DNA of 64,000 bases from Dehalococcoidia bacterium (GTDB taxonomy: Bacteria; Chloroflexota; Dehalococcoidia; Lucifugimonadales; UBA3495): positions 3,553,426 through 3,617,425 of the forward strand of contig OZ250156.1 in the NCBI GenBank assembly GCA_965237745.1, given 5' to 3'. Made by a program: the position numbers and the translations under genes. Under the pieces are notes generated by a model. That model was not told the DNA's origin and ran no database searches. It saw only the letters and a list, made by a program, of their open reading frames with translations. Every line of letters starts with the position of its first letter. Position 1 is the stretch's first letter. Positions 8,924-19,532 of this stretch are shown piece by piece.

Positions 8924-10264
8924 CTATTCCGAATGGGTTGTTCCGCCGGGGCGGTTGAAAAGCAGAACGGGCACTGACAGGACTGGCAGGGCCATCATCA
9001 CGATCATGCCCAGAGAATAAGTACCGGTCAGGCCGTGGAACACCGCCAAGGGCAGAGGTCCGGCCGCCGAAGCGCACACGGAGAGGGTCATCGCCGGTCC
9101 CTGTATACGTCCCAAACCCTGTCGGCCATAGTAGTGGGCCCAGATGGTGCTTTAGACGATGGTGTATGAGCCTCCAGAGACACCCATCACCATCACATAG
9201 ACCATCGCCACAAACAACGAGTCGATGACCACAGCCAGCGCCAAGGTTGCCAGCAGGGTCGCCATGGACAAAAAAAGGAGGGCCTTGGGGCCAACCCGGT
9301 CCACCACGAACCCGGCCACCAGCGATCTGACCGCGGCCGAGGCCGAGTAGATCGGAAAGACTCCCGCCGCCAGAGTTGCACTCAGCCCACTCTCTTGGAT
9401 GATGGACGTTTGGTGGAAGATCAGCGCCGTGGTAATCAGACTCGGCGAGCTCAGCGACTACGCCAGCAGCCAGAAGCTGGGGGAGCTGAAAACCCTGGTG
9501 GCCCTGCGGGCTCCTGGCATCGCTTGCCTGGTCTCCGAGACGGGCGGCTGGGACGAGCCATCCGGGAACAAACCCACGTCTTCGGGCCGATTTCTGACGA
9601 CCAGAGGCGCCACCGGAACGACCAGCCCAATCGCTACCACGCCAAGTACGGCGTATGCGCCACGCCAGTCGATGCTGTCAATCAGAAACCTGGCAAACGG
9701 CGGAAAGAGAGCAGTGGATATCACCGCTCCCATGGTCATCACGCTGATGGCGCGGCCCCGCAGGGAGACGAACCACTGGTTCACCAGCAGGATGCAATTG
9801 ATGTTCAACGAGCCTTGGCCGAGGGTGCGCAAACTGGCAAAGGCGATGAAAAAGAGGAGAATGTTGGTGGCGGTGGCCATGCCGAAACAGGCTGCGCCGA
9901 GACCCAGTCCGGCTGCTACCAGCATTATTCTCGGACCGTACCGGTCGGCAAGGCGGCTCACGAATGTCACCAGGACGGCGCTGGCCAGGGTGCTGGCCAA
10001 GTATAGTACTGAAATTCCGGTGCGAGACAGCCCCGTATCCTCGATTATGGAATCAATGAAAACCGAGAACACGTAGGACTGGCCCGGTCCGCTGCTGAAT
10101 ATGACCAGACCAGCGGCACCGACGATGAACCATCCATAGAAGAGGCGGCGGCCAGGTTTGGGGGATATGCCAGTTGGAGTCTTTACTTTGTTTCCTTTGT
10201 TGACGAAGTTTTCTTTGGTTGGCGCAAGTTGGCCCTGCCGGCCAACGAAACGCGCACGCTTCAA
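8924..10264 (-). pseudogene. MFS transporter interrupted by two in-frame stop codons
   Basis: One continuous frame of 447 codons with MFS-like TM segments throughout. It is broken only by TAG (9460-9458) and TAA (9154-9152), with no frameshift. Confidence 0.8.
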
Positions 10265-10563
10265 ATCGGAGCTCGAGTCGCGAATATTGAGGGCAATGCC
10301 GGATCTCCCCGACGCATCGGTCAGACAGGCTGCGTGATACGGGCCAGGACGGAGAGCGTAACGAAGAATTCAGTTGACCAAGATAACACTGGATACCCCT
10401 CTCGCTCCCATACAGCTCCGTAGTCATTTTCGCTCAAATATATTTTTGCAAAGGGAAATCCGTCTGCTAACGCCCCCAGTGGGAAAGGGTCGGATGCATC
10501 CCCCTCCTCTCAATGCGGTGTTACAATCACGCCCACAATCCCATTCCATCAAGAGGGTTACGA

Positions 10564-12231
10564 ATGAGCATTGATGTAGCAACCTCCATCGCCCGCATCC
10601 TTAAGCAGGAGGGCATCGAGTGGGTCTCCACCTTTCCGGTGTGCCGGGTGAACAACGCCCTGGGACGCGAGGGCATGCCCATGATCATGATGCGCGACGA
10701 CCGCTACGCCGTGGCGCTGGCCGACGCCTACTCGCGGGTTACGGCCGGGGAGCGTATCGGCGTGTGCACCGTGCAGGGTGGCGTGAACGGCGCTGGCCTG
10801 CAGTACTCCTACCCCGGACTGGCCCAGGCCTTCGAGGACAATTCGCCGATGCTGTGCATCACCGACGGCATACCGGCGGGCAGCTCGGAGAACACCCAGT
10901 TCGACGTTACGACCAGCCTGAGGACGGTCTCCAAGTGGTTCGGGTACATCGACAGCCCGGCGCGGGTGCCGGAGTTCATGCGCCGGGCTTTCACCATGCT
11001 GCGCAGCGGGCGTCCGGGGCCGGTGGTGCTGGCCGTGCCCAACGCGACAGCCACCTACGACGAGGCCGCCGACCCGTACTTTCCGGTCAAAGCATACAAG
11101 ACCGGACCCAACCCCGATGACGTGAATGCGGCGGTTGACCTGCTGATGAACGCCAAGGACCCCCTCATCTACGCGGGTGAGGGCGTCATCTACGCCGGCG
11201 CTTCGGCGGAGCTGAAGGAGCTGGCCGAGCTGGCCAATGCTCCGGTAATCACCACGCTGAAGGCGAAGGGCGCGTTCCCGGAGAACCACCCGCTGTTCGT
11301 GGGCGTTCGCGGGGACCATCCCGCAGAGTTCCTGGAGAAGAGCGACGTGATCCTGGCCGTCGGCTCCAGCCTGTCGCCTGGACGGTTCACCCACGGCATT
11401 CCCAACCCGGCGAGCAAGACCATCATCCAGTGCAACCTGGACGAGTTCCACATCAACCGCATCTACCCCACCGCCCACGCCGTGCTGGGGGACGCCAAGT
11501 TCACCCTGCGAGCGCTGGCCGACGGGGTAGCGGAGCGCACGGGCGGAGACGGCCGGGGCGCCGATGGCGTTGCGGCTGCAGTCAAGGCATCGCGGGACGC
11601 CGGGCTGGCCAAGTACCGCGAGGTGATGGTCTCGGACGACAGGCCCATCAATCCCTACCGGGTGTTCGGCGACATGATGAAGGCGCTGGACCCGATGAAG
11701 TCATTTGTGACTCACGACTCGGGCAACACGCGCGACCAGTTGAGCACGGTATACGACACTCTGATCCCCCGGGGATTCTTGGGCTGGGGCAACATCTCGA
11801 CGCTGGGCTTTGGTCTCGCGGGAGCAATGGCGGCCCGGCTGGCCTTCCCCGATCGGCACTGCGTGGCGGTAACCGGCGACGCTGGCGTGGGGTACATGCT
11901 GGGCAACCTGGAGGTCCCGGTGCGCCAGAAGATCGGCATCACCGTGGTGCATGTGAGCAACGGCGGATTTGCCGGTTATGGCCCGGGCTTCTGGGGAGAG
12001 GGCCATGACCCGTTCACGCACCGGGTCATGGGGCATGAGGATGTGGACATGTCGCGCGTCGCCGCGGAACTGGGGCTGCACGCCGAGCGGGTGGCCGACC
12101 CGGCGCAGATCGTTGACTCGCTCAAGCGGGCCAAGGCTGCCAACGACGCGGGACAGCCGGCCTACATCGAGTACATCTGCAGCCAGTATCCGGTCTATGG
12201 TGGCTGGGTGCCCAGCCCCATCGCGCACTAG
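10564..12231 (+). CDS. Thiamine-pyrophosphate-dependent enzyme (acetolactate synthase large subunit / sulfoacetaldehyde acetyltransferase-like)
   Basis: TPP-binding motif TGDAGVGYMLGNLEV...VSNGGFAG and the N-terminal PYR domain pattern. ATG at 10564 with an upstream purine-rich RBS. Confidence 0.85.
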   Translation: MSIDVATSIARILKQEGIEWVSTFPVCRVNNALGREGMPMIMMRDDRYAVALADAYSRVTAGERIGVCTVQGGVNGAGLQYSYPGLAQAFEDNSPMLCITDGIPAGSSENTQFDVTTSLRTVSKWFGYIDSPARVPEFMRRAFTMLRSGRPGPVVLAVPNATATYDEAADPYFPVKAYKTGPNPDDVNAAVDLLMNAKDPLIYAGEGVIYAGASAELKELAELANAPVITTLKAKGAFPENHPLFVGVRGDHPAEFLEKSDVILAVGSSLSPGRFTHGIPNPASKTIIQCNLDEFHINRIYPTAHAVLGDAKFTLRALADGVAERTGGDGRGADGVAAAVKASRDAGLAKYREVMVSDDRPINPYRVFGDMMKALDPMKSFVTHDSGNTRDQLSTVYDTLIPRGFLGWGNISTLGFGLAGAMAARLAFPDRHCVAVTGDAGVGYMLGNLEVPVRQKIGITVVHVSNGGFAGYGPGFWGEGHDPFTHRVMGHEDVDMSRVAAELGLHAERVADPAQIVDSLKRAKAANDAGQPAYIEYICSQYPVYGGWVPSPIAH

Positions 12232-12338
12232 GAAGCTTGAGCCACTGCCATCAACAGTTTCACCGTAACTCCTCTCCTCAAATGGAGGGGAGAATTTCGA
12301 GGGCCTGACGGCGGTCAGGTTTTGAATTGGAGGCGAGT

Positions 12339-13220
12339 ATGGCCGACCTGAATCCTGAACAGTGGAGCCATCGCACCGCGAGAATCAACGGGATCAACAT
12401 TCACTACGTGCTGGAGGGCGAGGGAGATCCGGTGGTCTTCCTGCACGGATGGCCGGAGTTCTGGTACTCGTGGCGGCATCAGATTCCGGTGTTCTCCCAG
12501 CACTACCAAGTGATCGTTCCCGACATGCGCGGGTTTGGACAATCGGACAAGCCGTTCTATGGCTACGATACTCGAACGTCGGCTTCCGACATTTACGAGC
12601 TTGTGCGGCAGTTGGGCCACGAGAGCGTGAACATCGTGTCGCACGACATCGGCGCAAGGGTGGGTTTCCGGTTCGCTCTGGACCACGAGGAGGCGGTGCG
12701 CAAGATTGCTTTCCTCGACGCCACACCGCCCTACGAGCAGCTCGGCCCGCAGGCTCCGGCGGTGGTGCGCGAGCGTTGGCACTCCTACTTCCATCAGCAG
12801 TTCGACCTACCGGAAAAGCTGCTGGAGGGACGCGAGGAGATCTACCTGCGACACATCCTGCGGGACTGGACGATCAACAAGTACCCGCTGACCCAGGAAG
12901 TGATCGACGAATACGTGAAGGTGTACTCGGCGCCCGGAGGGCTGCGCGGCGGGTTCAACTACTACCGCGCCGCGGCCTACCTCGATCCGGCCGACTGGCG
13001 GGCCGACGAGGGGCGCACGCTGTCCGTTCCGGCGCTGTTCCTCTATGGCACCCGGCGTGTTCGCACCGCCGAGGAAATGGGCGCGGGACCGCTGGAGGAT
13101 GCTTGGCGGGGAGTGATCCCCAACGTGCAGTCCAAGCACCTGGGCGACTACGGCCACTTCCTGCAGTGGGCGTGCCCCGGCGACGTGAACCGGGAGCTGC
13201 TGGCGTTTCTGGCCAGCTAG
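12339..13220 (+). CDS. Alpha/beta hydrolase, epoxide hydrolase / haloalkane dehalogenase-like
   Basis: HGWPEFWYSWRHQI oxyanion region and nucleophile elbow VSHDIGA. GGAGG lies before the ATG at 12339. Confidence 0.85.
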   Translation: MADLNPEQWSHRTARINGINIHYVLEGEGDPVVFLHGWPEFWYSWRHQIPVFSQHYQVIVPDMRGFGQSDKPFYGYDTRTSASDIYELVRQLGHESVNIVSHDIGARVGFRFALDHEEAVRKIAFLDATPPYEQLGPQAPAVVRERWHSYFHQQFDLPEKLLEGREEIYLRHILRDWTINKYPLTQEVIDEYVKVYSAPGGLRGGFNYYRAAAYLDPADWRADEGRTLSVPALFLYGTRRVRTAEEMGAGPLEDAWRGVIPNVQSKHLGDYGHFLQWACPGDVNRELLAFLAS

Positions 13221-13255
13221 ACAGTCTCAGATAACACCAAACCGGAGGAACCGAA

Positions 13256-14071
13256 ATGGCAACAGCCAAGGAACGCGCCGCTCTGGTGAGCTCGGAATCG
13301 GCGCGGCTGCTGGAATACTTCAAGAGCCTGACGCCCGCGGACTGGCAGACGCAGAGTGCCTGCGAGGCGTGGAACAACGCCGACGTGGTGGCGCACCTGA
13401 TAATGGCAGTGGACAATTTCTCAGGCAACATCGAGCGGGGCGCCCAGGGTGATTCCTCACCGCCGGAGGGCATGCCTCCGCCCCAGGAAACCGACATGGC
13501 CGCTCGAATGGCTGCCAACGCGACCCGCGCCGTGGCCGTGCGCGAGAGCCTGGGCGACTCTCTGGTGGACGCCTTCGCGCAGAACTGCGAACGGCTGGAC
13601 ACGCTACTGGCGGGAATGGGGCCCGACGACTGGGAGAAACCCTGCTATCACGCCGCCGCCATTCTCACCATCAGCCGGTATCTGAACCTCCGGCTCACCG
13701 AGATGGTGGTGCATGAGTGGGACATCCGCTCGCGGCTGGAGCCGTCGGCCAAGCTGCCAGATGCGGTCACTCCATCGGTGCTGGAGCTGCTGCCCGGCTT
13801 CGTGGTGGGCCGGCTTTTCCAGCCCGGAGCGGGCATCGCCAAGGCAGCTCGCTTTCGATTTAACCTTACGGACGAAGGGAACCTCGACATCGTAGCCGGA
13901 GGAGGCGAACTGGGTATGGAGTCTAGCACCTCCGACGCTGCGGACGTTACGTTCACCTGCAACGCCTCGACCTTAGCTCTGCTGGCCTACGGCCGTTTCA
14001 CGGTTGCGGAGGCGGTGACAGCGGGGGACATCACCACCGAGGGCGACCGGGAGCTGGCGGCGCAGTTCTGA
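13256..14071 (+). CDS. DinB/MDMPI-family (mycothiol maleylpyruvate isomerase N-terminal-like) protein with SCP2-like C-terminus
   Basis: N-terminal four-helix DinB-like pattern (WNNADVVAHL) and a C-terminal GDRELAAQF-type SCP2-like tail. Confidence 0.6.
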   Translation: MATAKERAALVSSESARLLEYFKSLTPADWQTQSACEAWNNADVVAHLIMAVDNFSGNIERGAQGDSSPPEGMPPPQETDMAARMAANATRAVAVRESLGDSLVDAFAQNCERLDTLLAGMGPDDWEKPCYHAAAILTISRYLNLRLTEMVVHEWDIRSRLEPSAKLPDAVTPSVLELLPGFVVGRLFQPGAGIAKAARFRFNLTDEGNLDIVAGGGELGMESSTSDAADVTFTCNASTLALLAYGRFTVAEAVTAGDITTEGDRELAAQF

Positions 14072-14242
14072 GCGGCCCTGGCAAAGCCAGCCGTTCATCA
14101 TTCGACGAGGTCAGGACGAACGGGTGGGCTATGGGACGCCGTAAGTGAAGGACAGAATCCGTTGATGGTTATACAAGCTCAACACCAACCCTTCCATCAA
14201 CGAAGGACCAATTTCCAGATTTCCCGATAAGGAGACGAACTG

Positions 14243-14938
14243 ATGAAACTGCTGGTAATTTCCGGGGGCAGGCACCCTTATGAGGAGTCGACGCCGGTGC
14301 TGGAGGGATTCCTCAAGGGAGCGGGCCACGACGTCACGATCACGGAGGATGCCTCGGTCCTGGCCGACGCGTCGGGAATGGGCTCCTTCGACGCACTGGT
14401 GTTCAACACCCGCCGCGAGAATGTGCCCGACTTTGGCGACTGGGAAATGAGAGCCGCAGAGAAGGAAGGGCTGAAGAGCTATATCAAGTCGGGCAAGGGC
14501 TTCGTCTGCATCCATATCGGGTGCTGCGTGCCAACCGGATGGTCTGAATACGACGAAATCACCGGCGGGGGCTGGGTCACAGGCACCAGCTATCATCCGC
14601 CTTACAGCGAGATGAAGGTCAATGTCAGCAACTCCACGCACGTTGGCGCTTCTGGTGTGGCCGACTTCCTCACCAACGACGAGCTGTACATGAACACCAC
14701 CTTCCACGAGGGCAACGATGTATTCCTGACGGGGGATGCCGAAGAGGGGACTTGGCCGTGGGGTCCGGACCGGGCGCCGACGTTCATGCCGGGCGGCACC
14801 TACCCGCTGGGGTGGACGCGGTCGTACGGCGATGGAAAGGTGTTCGTGTTGCTGCTGGGCCACGACGGGCGGAGCTTCGAGACACCTGAGTTCCAGCAGA
14901 TCGTGCTCAACGGCGTGGCATGGGCCGGGGCGGACTAG
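14243..14938 (+). CDS. ThuA-domain protein (class I glutamine amidotransferase-like fold)
   Basis: MKLLVISGG ... FDALVFN ... GKGFVCIHIG ... VFVLLLGHD layout typical of ThuA. Confidence 0.75.
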   Translation: MKLLVISGGRHPYEESTPVLEGFLKGAGHDVTITEDASVLADASGMGSFDALVFNTRRENVPDFGDWEMRAAEKEGLKSYIKSGKGFVCIHIGCCVPTGWSEYDEITGGGWVTGTSYHPPYSEMKVNVSNSTHVGASGVADFLTNDELYMNTTFHEGNDVFLTGDAEEGTWPWGPDRAPTFMPGGTYPLGWTRSYGDGKVFVLLLGHDGRSFETPEFQQIVLNGVAWAGAD

Positions 14939-15914
14939 AAATCTGGCGCGAAGGAGTCGGCGTTAATCGCTGTCTTCGCTGCCTTTCTTCGCGCCGCTCC
15001 AAGAACTCGCGGTATCCCTCTGCAAGGGAACGTCTATCCGACTCTCGCAACTCGGCCAGGTAGGCGAGTGTGCCTGCCAAGTTCGCGCCGAGTGGTGCGG
15101 CGTCGGTTAGAGTTATGTTGGCGTTGTCCAGGGTCTCCTGCCGGTAGGCCAGCCAGGCCAGACGCGGCACATCTTCATAGGGCCCCTCGGTGCTGGCTTC
15201 CAGCACTGCCTCCTCCAGCTTGGCGGTGGATATTTCGCGTCTCAGTTTCGCGGGATGGATTTCGTTCCAGTAGCGTTCGGGGCCCACAGATTGCAGGTAC
15301 TTCTCCAACTCAGCCAGGGCTTTCTCGTACCAGCGGAAGTCCTCTTCTTTCCACCCTCTCATCGACTCCATCAATTCCGGGATGGTTGAACTCTCGGCAA
15401 TTGTCTGAAGGTCCGGGTGCTTTGAGCTTTCCAGCAATTCCTTGAATCCAGCCGAGTCAGATTCGTTCGCCATCCTCGCAAGTTCGAGGGGGTCGCGAGA
15501 GGCCTCTGAGCGACGGCGGTCCAGTCCCGTGCGTGCCGCCACCTCTTCATCCGAAAGTGTGTGTCCCTCAGCAACCGCCTGTTGAAAAAGGGCTGAGTCC
15601 CTGATCGCGTCTGCCAGAGCGACGGTTTCCGGGCCGTAGCGGAGGACCCGGTGGTGACGTTCTCGAATGGGGTCCAAGGACGGGTCGTCGGGCAAGGGTT
15701 CCCCTTCTGCGTATTCGATGCCCGCTTCAATGGTGCGTAGCCGTTCGGCGTAATGCGAGAGGCGGATGCACTCGCCGTTCACTCGGGCTATGGCGGGGTC
15801 AGGGTCCGAGGCGAGAGAGTCGCAGTGGGGAGAATATGGCAGCAGCCATACCGTCGCAGCCACCGCGACCAGACACAGGGGTGGGAACCACCGGCGCGCG
15901 AGCGCAGGGGTCAG
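14907..15914 (-). CDS. Membrane-anchored hypothetical protein (SurA_N-like region possible)
   Basis: Only the part downstream of the hyuA stop can be coding. N-terminal anchor RRWFPPLCLVAVAATVWLL. No ATG is available, so I propose a CTG overlapping the hyuA TGA, and the start is uncertain. The 3' end overlaps the convergent thuA-like gene by 32 nt. Confidence 0.4.
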   Translation of the reverse strand: MTPALARRWFPPLCLVAVAATVWLLPYSPHCDSLASDPDPAIARVNGECIRLSHYAERLRTIEAGIEYAEGEPLPDDPSLDPIRERHHRVLRYGPETVALADAIRDSALFQQAVAEGHTLSDEEVAARTGLDRRRSEASRDPLELARMANESDSAGFKELLESSKHPDLQTIAESSTIPELMESMRGWKEEDFRWYEKALAELEKYLQSVGPERYWNEIHPAKLRREISTAKLEEAVLEASTEGPYEDVPRLAWLAYRQETLDNANITLTDAAPLGANLAGTLAYLAELRESDRRSLAEGYREFLERREERQRRQRLTPTPSRQISSPPRPMPRR

Positions 15915-17995
15915 GTGCGTTCCAGGATTATGTTGCTGGCGTCGTCTACGGTGGCGGTCCAGGTTGGCGGGACGACGGTGGTGGAGTCGTATTCCTCGAT
16001 TACCAGCGGGCCGGGTTCGGAGCGTCCCTGGAGGCTGGGGCGGCTCAGTACGGGGGTGTCGGCCCAGCCGCGGTTGGGACCGAAGTAGACTTGGCGGGAT
16101 GCCGCGCCACTGTTGGCGGCGGCGGCAAGCTCGAACCGCTCGGGCATCCGGGGCTTCTCGGGCAGGCCGCGGGCAATCACCCGGATGTTGACCAGCTGGT
16201 AGCTGGCATCGGTGCGGTAGCCGAATGACTGCTCGTGTTCGCTGTCGAAGCTTTCCGCCATCGCGGTCAGCGTGTCCTGCGTGACGGGGCCGGAGGGGAC
16301 GGGCACAGTGAGGTCGGAAACCTGACCTTCGTACTTCATATCGGCTTGAGTTACCACTTCGTGCCGTGAATCGTCGAAGCCCTCCAGCCGGAGTTGACGT
16401 TGGCCCTCTTCCCACATGCCTTCAACCAGTCCTGCCAGGGTGGGCAGATCGATCTCTTCGAAGGTCTTGAAGTGCGTCCGGACGAAATGGTGCTCCACAT
16501 CGGCCACCAGCAGACCGAAGCTGCTGAACACGCCAGGGAAGGGCGGCACCACCACGCGCATTATGTCGAGCATCTCGGCCAGCCCGGCGGCGTGAACCGG
16601 GCCTCCTCCACCAAAACAGATCAGGTCGAACCGGCGGGGGTCGCGTCCCCGCTCGCTGGAAACTGCCCGCAGGGCACGGCCCATGTTGGAGTTGACCAGC
16701 AGGTGGATGCCGTGGGCACCCTCGACGTCGGACAGGTTGAGCGGGCGGGCCACGTTGTCGGAGATGGCCCGGCGCGCCAGCTCGGCGTCGATGGGGAAGT
16801 CGCCGGCGAGGAGGTGCTGCGGGTTCAGGTAGCCCAGCAGGACGTCGGCGTCAGTGACCGTTGCGTCCTGCCCTCCAAGCTTGTAGCAGGCTGGGCCGGG
16901 GAAGGCGCCGGAGCTCTGGGGGCCGACGCGGAGCGAGCCGCTGCGGTCGACAGTGGCGATGCTGCCGCCGCCCGCGCCCACCTCAGCGAGGTCAATGGCC
17001 GGGACGCGCAGGATGTGGCCGCTGCCGCGCAGCAAGCGGTGGCCGACGCTGATGCCGCCACCAACCTCGTACTCCGGGGCCTGTAGCATTTCGCCGTTTT
17101 CGATGATGGAAGCCTTCGCGGTGGTGCCGCCCATGTCCAGCGTCATCAGGTTGGGCATGTCGAGGCGGCGTCCGAGGTGGAAGGCGCCGACCACACCCGC
17201 GGCAGGGCCGGACTCAATGCAGTAGACGGGGCGCTCCATGGCGATGCCGGAGGTGGCGAGGCCGCCGTTGGACTGCATCACCGCGAGAGGCACGGTAATT
17301 CCCATGTCCTTCAGTCCCTGGGTCAGCAGGGTCAGGTAGGTCTCGACGACGGGTCGCACGTAGCTGTTGATCACCGTGGTGCTGGTGCGTTCGTACTCCT
17401 TCATCTCGGGCAGAAGGTCTGAAGAAAGGGTCAGGACGACCTCCGGAGCGCGTTCCTGCATCACTTGGCCCACGTACTGCTCGTGGGCCGCGTTGGCGTA
17501 GGAGTGGAGCAGGCAGACGGCCACCGATTCGACGCCGCTGTCCAGCACCGCCTGCACCGCGCGGTCGACGGAGCCGGTATCCAAGGGACGCAGCACCTCG
17601 CCGCGGAAGTTGAGCCGTTCGCCGACTTCCAAGCGGTATTGGCGTTTCACCAGCGTAGGGGACTTTTCGTAGTACAGGTCGTACAGTCGTGGGGTGCGGT
17701 TGCGGCGGAACTCCAGAACGTCGCGGAAGCCCTCGGTGGTGATGAGGGCCATGTGCGCGCCCTTTTCCTCGATGATGGCGTTGGTCGCCACCGTGAAGCC
17801 GTGGCCAACCTCGGCAACGGAGCTGGGCGGAATGTTGAGCTCATCCATTCCGGCGCGAATGCCGTGGAGGACCGCGCGGCTGTAGTCGTCGGGGGTACTG
17901 GCCACCTTGCGGGTGAGCACGCGCCCGTCGTCGCCCAGAAACACGATGTCTGTGAAGGTGCCGCCTATATCCACGCCAATGCGAAAGTCGACCAT
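15911..17995 (-). CDS. hyuA: Hydantoinase A / 5-oxoprolinase family subunit
   Basis: MVDFRIGVDIGGTFTDIV ATPase signature and full-length HyuA-like sequence. Confidence 0.9.
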   Translation of the reverse strand: MVDFRIGVDIGGTFTDIVFLGDDGRVLTRKVASTPDDYSRAVLHGIRAGMDELNIPPSSVAEVGHGFTVATNAIIEEKGAHMALITTEGFRDVLEFRRNRTPRLYDLYYEKSPTLVKRQYRLEVGERLNFRGEVLRPLDTGSVDRAVQAVLDSGVESVAVCLLHSYANAAHEQYVGQVMQERAPEVVLTLSSDLLPEMKEYERTSTTVINSYVRPVVETYLTLLTQGLKDMGITVPLAVMQSNGGLATSGIAMERPVYCIESGPAAGVVGAFHLGRRLDMPNLMTLDMGGTTAKASIIENGEMLQAPEYEVGGGISVGHRLLRGSGHILRVPAIDLAEVGAGGGSIATVDRSGSLRVGPQSSGAFPGPACYKLGGQDATVTDADVLLGYLNPQHLLAGDFPIDAELARRAISDNVARPLNLSDVEGAHGIHLLVNSNMGRALRAVSSERGRDPRRFDLICFGGGGPVHAAGLAEMLDIMRVVVPPFPGVFSSFGLLVADVEHHFVRTHFKTFEEIDLPTLAGLVEGMWEEGQRQLRLEGFDDSRHEVVTQADMKYEGQVSDLTVPVPSGPVTQDTLTAMAESFDSEHEQSFGYRTDASYQLVNIRVIARGLPEKPRMPERFELAAAANSGAASRQVYFGPNRGWADTPVLSRPSLQGRSEPGPLVIEEYDSTTVVPPTWTATVDDASNIILERT

Positions 17996-18043
17996 AAATA
18001 CGCTCTCAACCCAGGGTTACAGTGTGAAAATTACCAGGAGATG

Positions 18044-19516
18044 TCAGTCGCCCAAGCATTTGCCCAGCCAGGTCCGGCCATCGCGGGCCAGGAAGTCATC
18101 GGCTGCGAACGGGCCCCCGGTGCCGGGGTCGTAGATTTCGGGAGACCTGACCGATGGGTCGGACAATCCCTCGATGAGCGGGTCCATGATACTCCACGAC
18201 TGCTCGATCTCGTCGCTGCGGATGAAGAGAGAAGCGTCGCCATTCATGGCGTCAAGCAGCAGGCGCTCGTAGGCGTCGGGAATTTCCTGGCCTCCGAAAG
18301 AGTCCTCGTAGTGGAACTCGAGGTTCACCGGGCGCAGATCGAGGATGGAGTCAGGAGTCTTGACTTGAAACTCCAAATGCACCCCCTCGTTGGGCTGCAG
18401 GCAGATGGACAGTGTGTTGGAGGTGATGTCGCCGCTGCGGCCTTGAGGGAAGATGAGATGGGGCGGGCGGCGAAACTGAATCAGCACCTCGGTCCGCTTG
18501 CTGTCCAGAGCCTTCCCGGAGCGCAGGTAGAAGGGAACGCCCTGCCATCGCCAGTTGTCGACGTCCAGCCGCATGGCCGCGTAGGTAGGGGTGCGGGACT
18601 CCGGGGGTACGCCCTGCTCGTCCAGGTAGCCATCGTACTGGCCCTGAACGGCGTAGGTTGGGGCATCCTTCGCCGATATGTGGCGCACTGCGTCCAGCAC
18701 CTTGACCTTCTCGTTGCGCAGGGTGTCGGCTTCGAAGGTGGAGGGCGGCTCCATGGCCACCACGGCCAGAAGCTGCAGCAGATGGCTCTGAAACATATCG
18801 CGCAGAACGCCGGCCCTGTCGTAGTAGGCGGCCCGTTCGGCGATTGAGACTGATTCCGCCACGGTTATCTGAATGTTATCGATGTAGTTACGGGACCAGA
18901 GCGGTTCGAATATGGCGTTGGCGAATCGGAATACCAAGAGGTTCTGCACCGTCTCCTTGCCGAGGTAGTGGTCGATCCGGTAGACCTGGTGCTCCGCGAA
19001 GACCGAGTGGATAGCTTCGTTGAGCTCGTGGGCTGTCTGCAGGTTTATGCCGAAAGGCTTTTCCACCACCACCCGGCGCCAGCATCCGTTTTCCTTCTGG
19101 TAGCCAGCCCGGCCCAAGGTATTTACGGCAGGAGCAAAGAGGAACGGTGTCAAGGCGAGGTAATAGAGACGATTGGCAGGACGGTCAGGCGATTCAATTT
19201 CGTTGAGGGTGCGCTCGAGTTCGTTGAGGCCGTCCGAGGCCGTAACGTCACCGTAGCAGCAATGAACCCTGTCGGCGAAGTCGTTCCAAACCTCCGGGGC
19301 GGGCGGGAAGTCGGCTTCCTGGCCGAAGCCCTCGTAGAAGGAGGCGCGAAACTCGTCTGCGGTCATGTCGTTACGGGAAACCCCGACGATCTGCACCTCG
19401 GGGCCGAGGCGTCCCTTGGCGTACAGGTCGGCAAGGGCCGGGGCGAGCTTCTTGGTGGTCAGGTCGCCCGACGCTCCGAAAATGACGATTGTGGTCGTCT
19501 GCTCCGGCATAGCCAA
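18044..19516 (-). CDS. zwf: Glucose-6-phosphate 1-dehydrogenase
   Basis: IFGASGDLT NADP site and the RIDHYLGKE signature. Confidence 0.95.
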   Translation of the reverse strand: MAMPEQTTTIVIFGASGDLTTKKLAPALADLYAKGRLGPEVQIVGVSRNDMTADEFRASFYEGFGQEADFPPAPEVWNDFADRVHCCYGDVTASDGLNELERTLNEIESPDRPANRLYYLALTPFLFAPAVNTLGRAGYQKENGCWRRVVVEKPFGINLQTAHELNEAIHSVFAEHQVYRIDHYLGKETVQNLLVFRFANAIFEPLWSRNYIDNIQITVAESVSIAERAAYYDRAGVLRDMFQSHLLQLLAVVAMEPPSTFEADTLRNEKVKVLDAVRHISAKDAPTYAVQGQYDGYLDEQGVPPESRTPTYAAMRLDVDNWRWQGVPFYLRSGKALDSKRTEVLIQFRRPPHLIFPQGRSGDITSNTLSICLQPNEGVHLEFQVKTPDSILDLRPVNLEFHYEDSFGGQEIPDAYERLLLDAMNGDASLFIRSDEIEQSWSIMDPLIEGLSDPSVRSPEIYDPGTGGPFAADDFLARDGRTWLGKCLGD

Positions 19517-19532
19517 CCTGATCTCAGAGGGC

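Noticed and set aside
10558-11478. 306-aa minus-strand ORF, together with the other long antisense ORFs (14129-14863, 21756-22649, 25837-26682, 28696-29601, 30413-31279, 36381-37166, 50365-50934, 56631-57542, 60183-60632, 61656-62318)
   Set aside because: Each lies opposite a gene or pseudogene with strong family signatures and has Arg/Pro/Gly-rich shadow-frame composition.
15915-16415. N-terminal 167 aa of track ORF 14907-16415
   Set aside because: This part overlaps hyuA in another frame and is Arg/Pro-rich. Only the portion downstream of the hyuA stop was kept.
17465-18847. 460-aa plus-strand ORF spanning the hyuA/zwf junction
   Set aside because: It is antisense to two well-supported genes and crosses their intergenic gap. 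No motifs.
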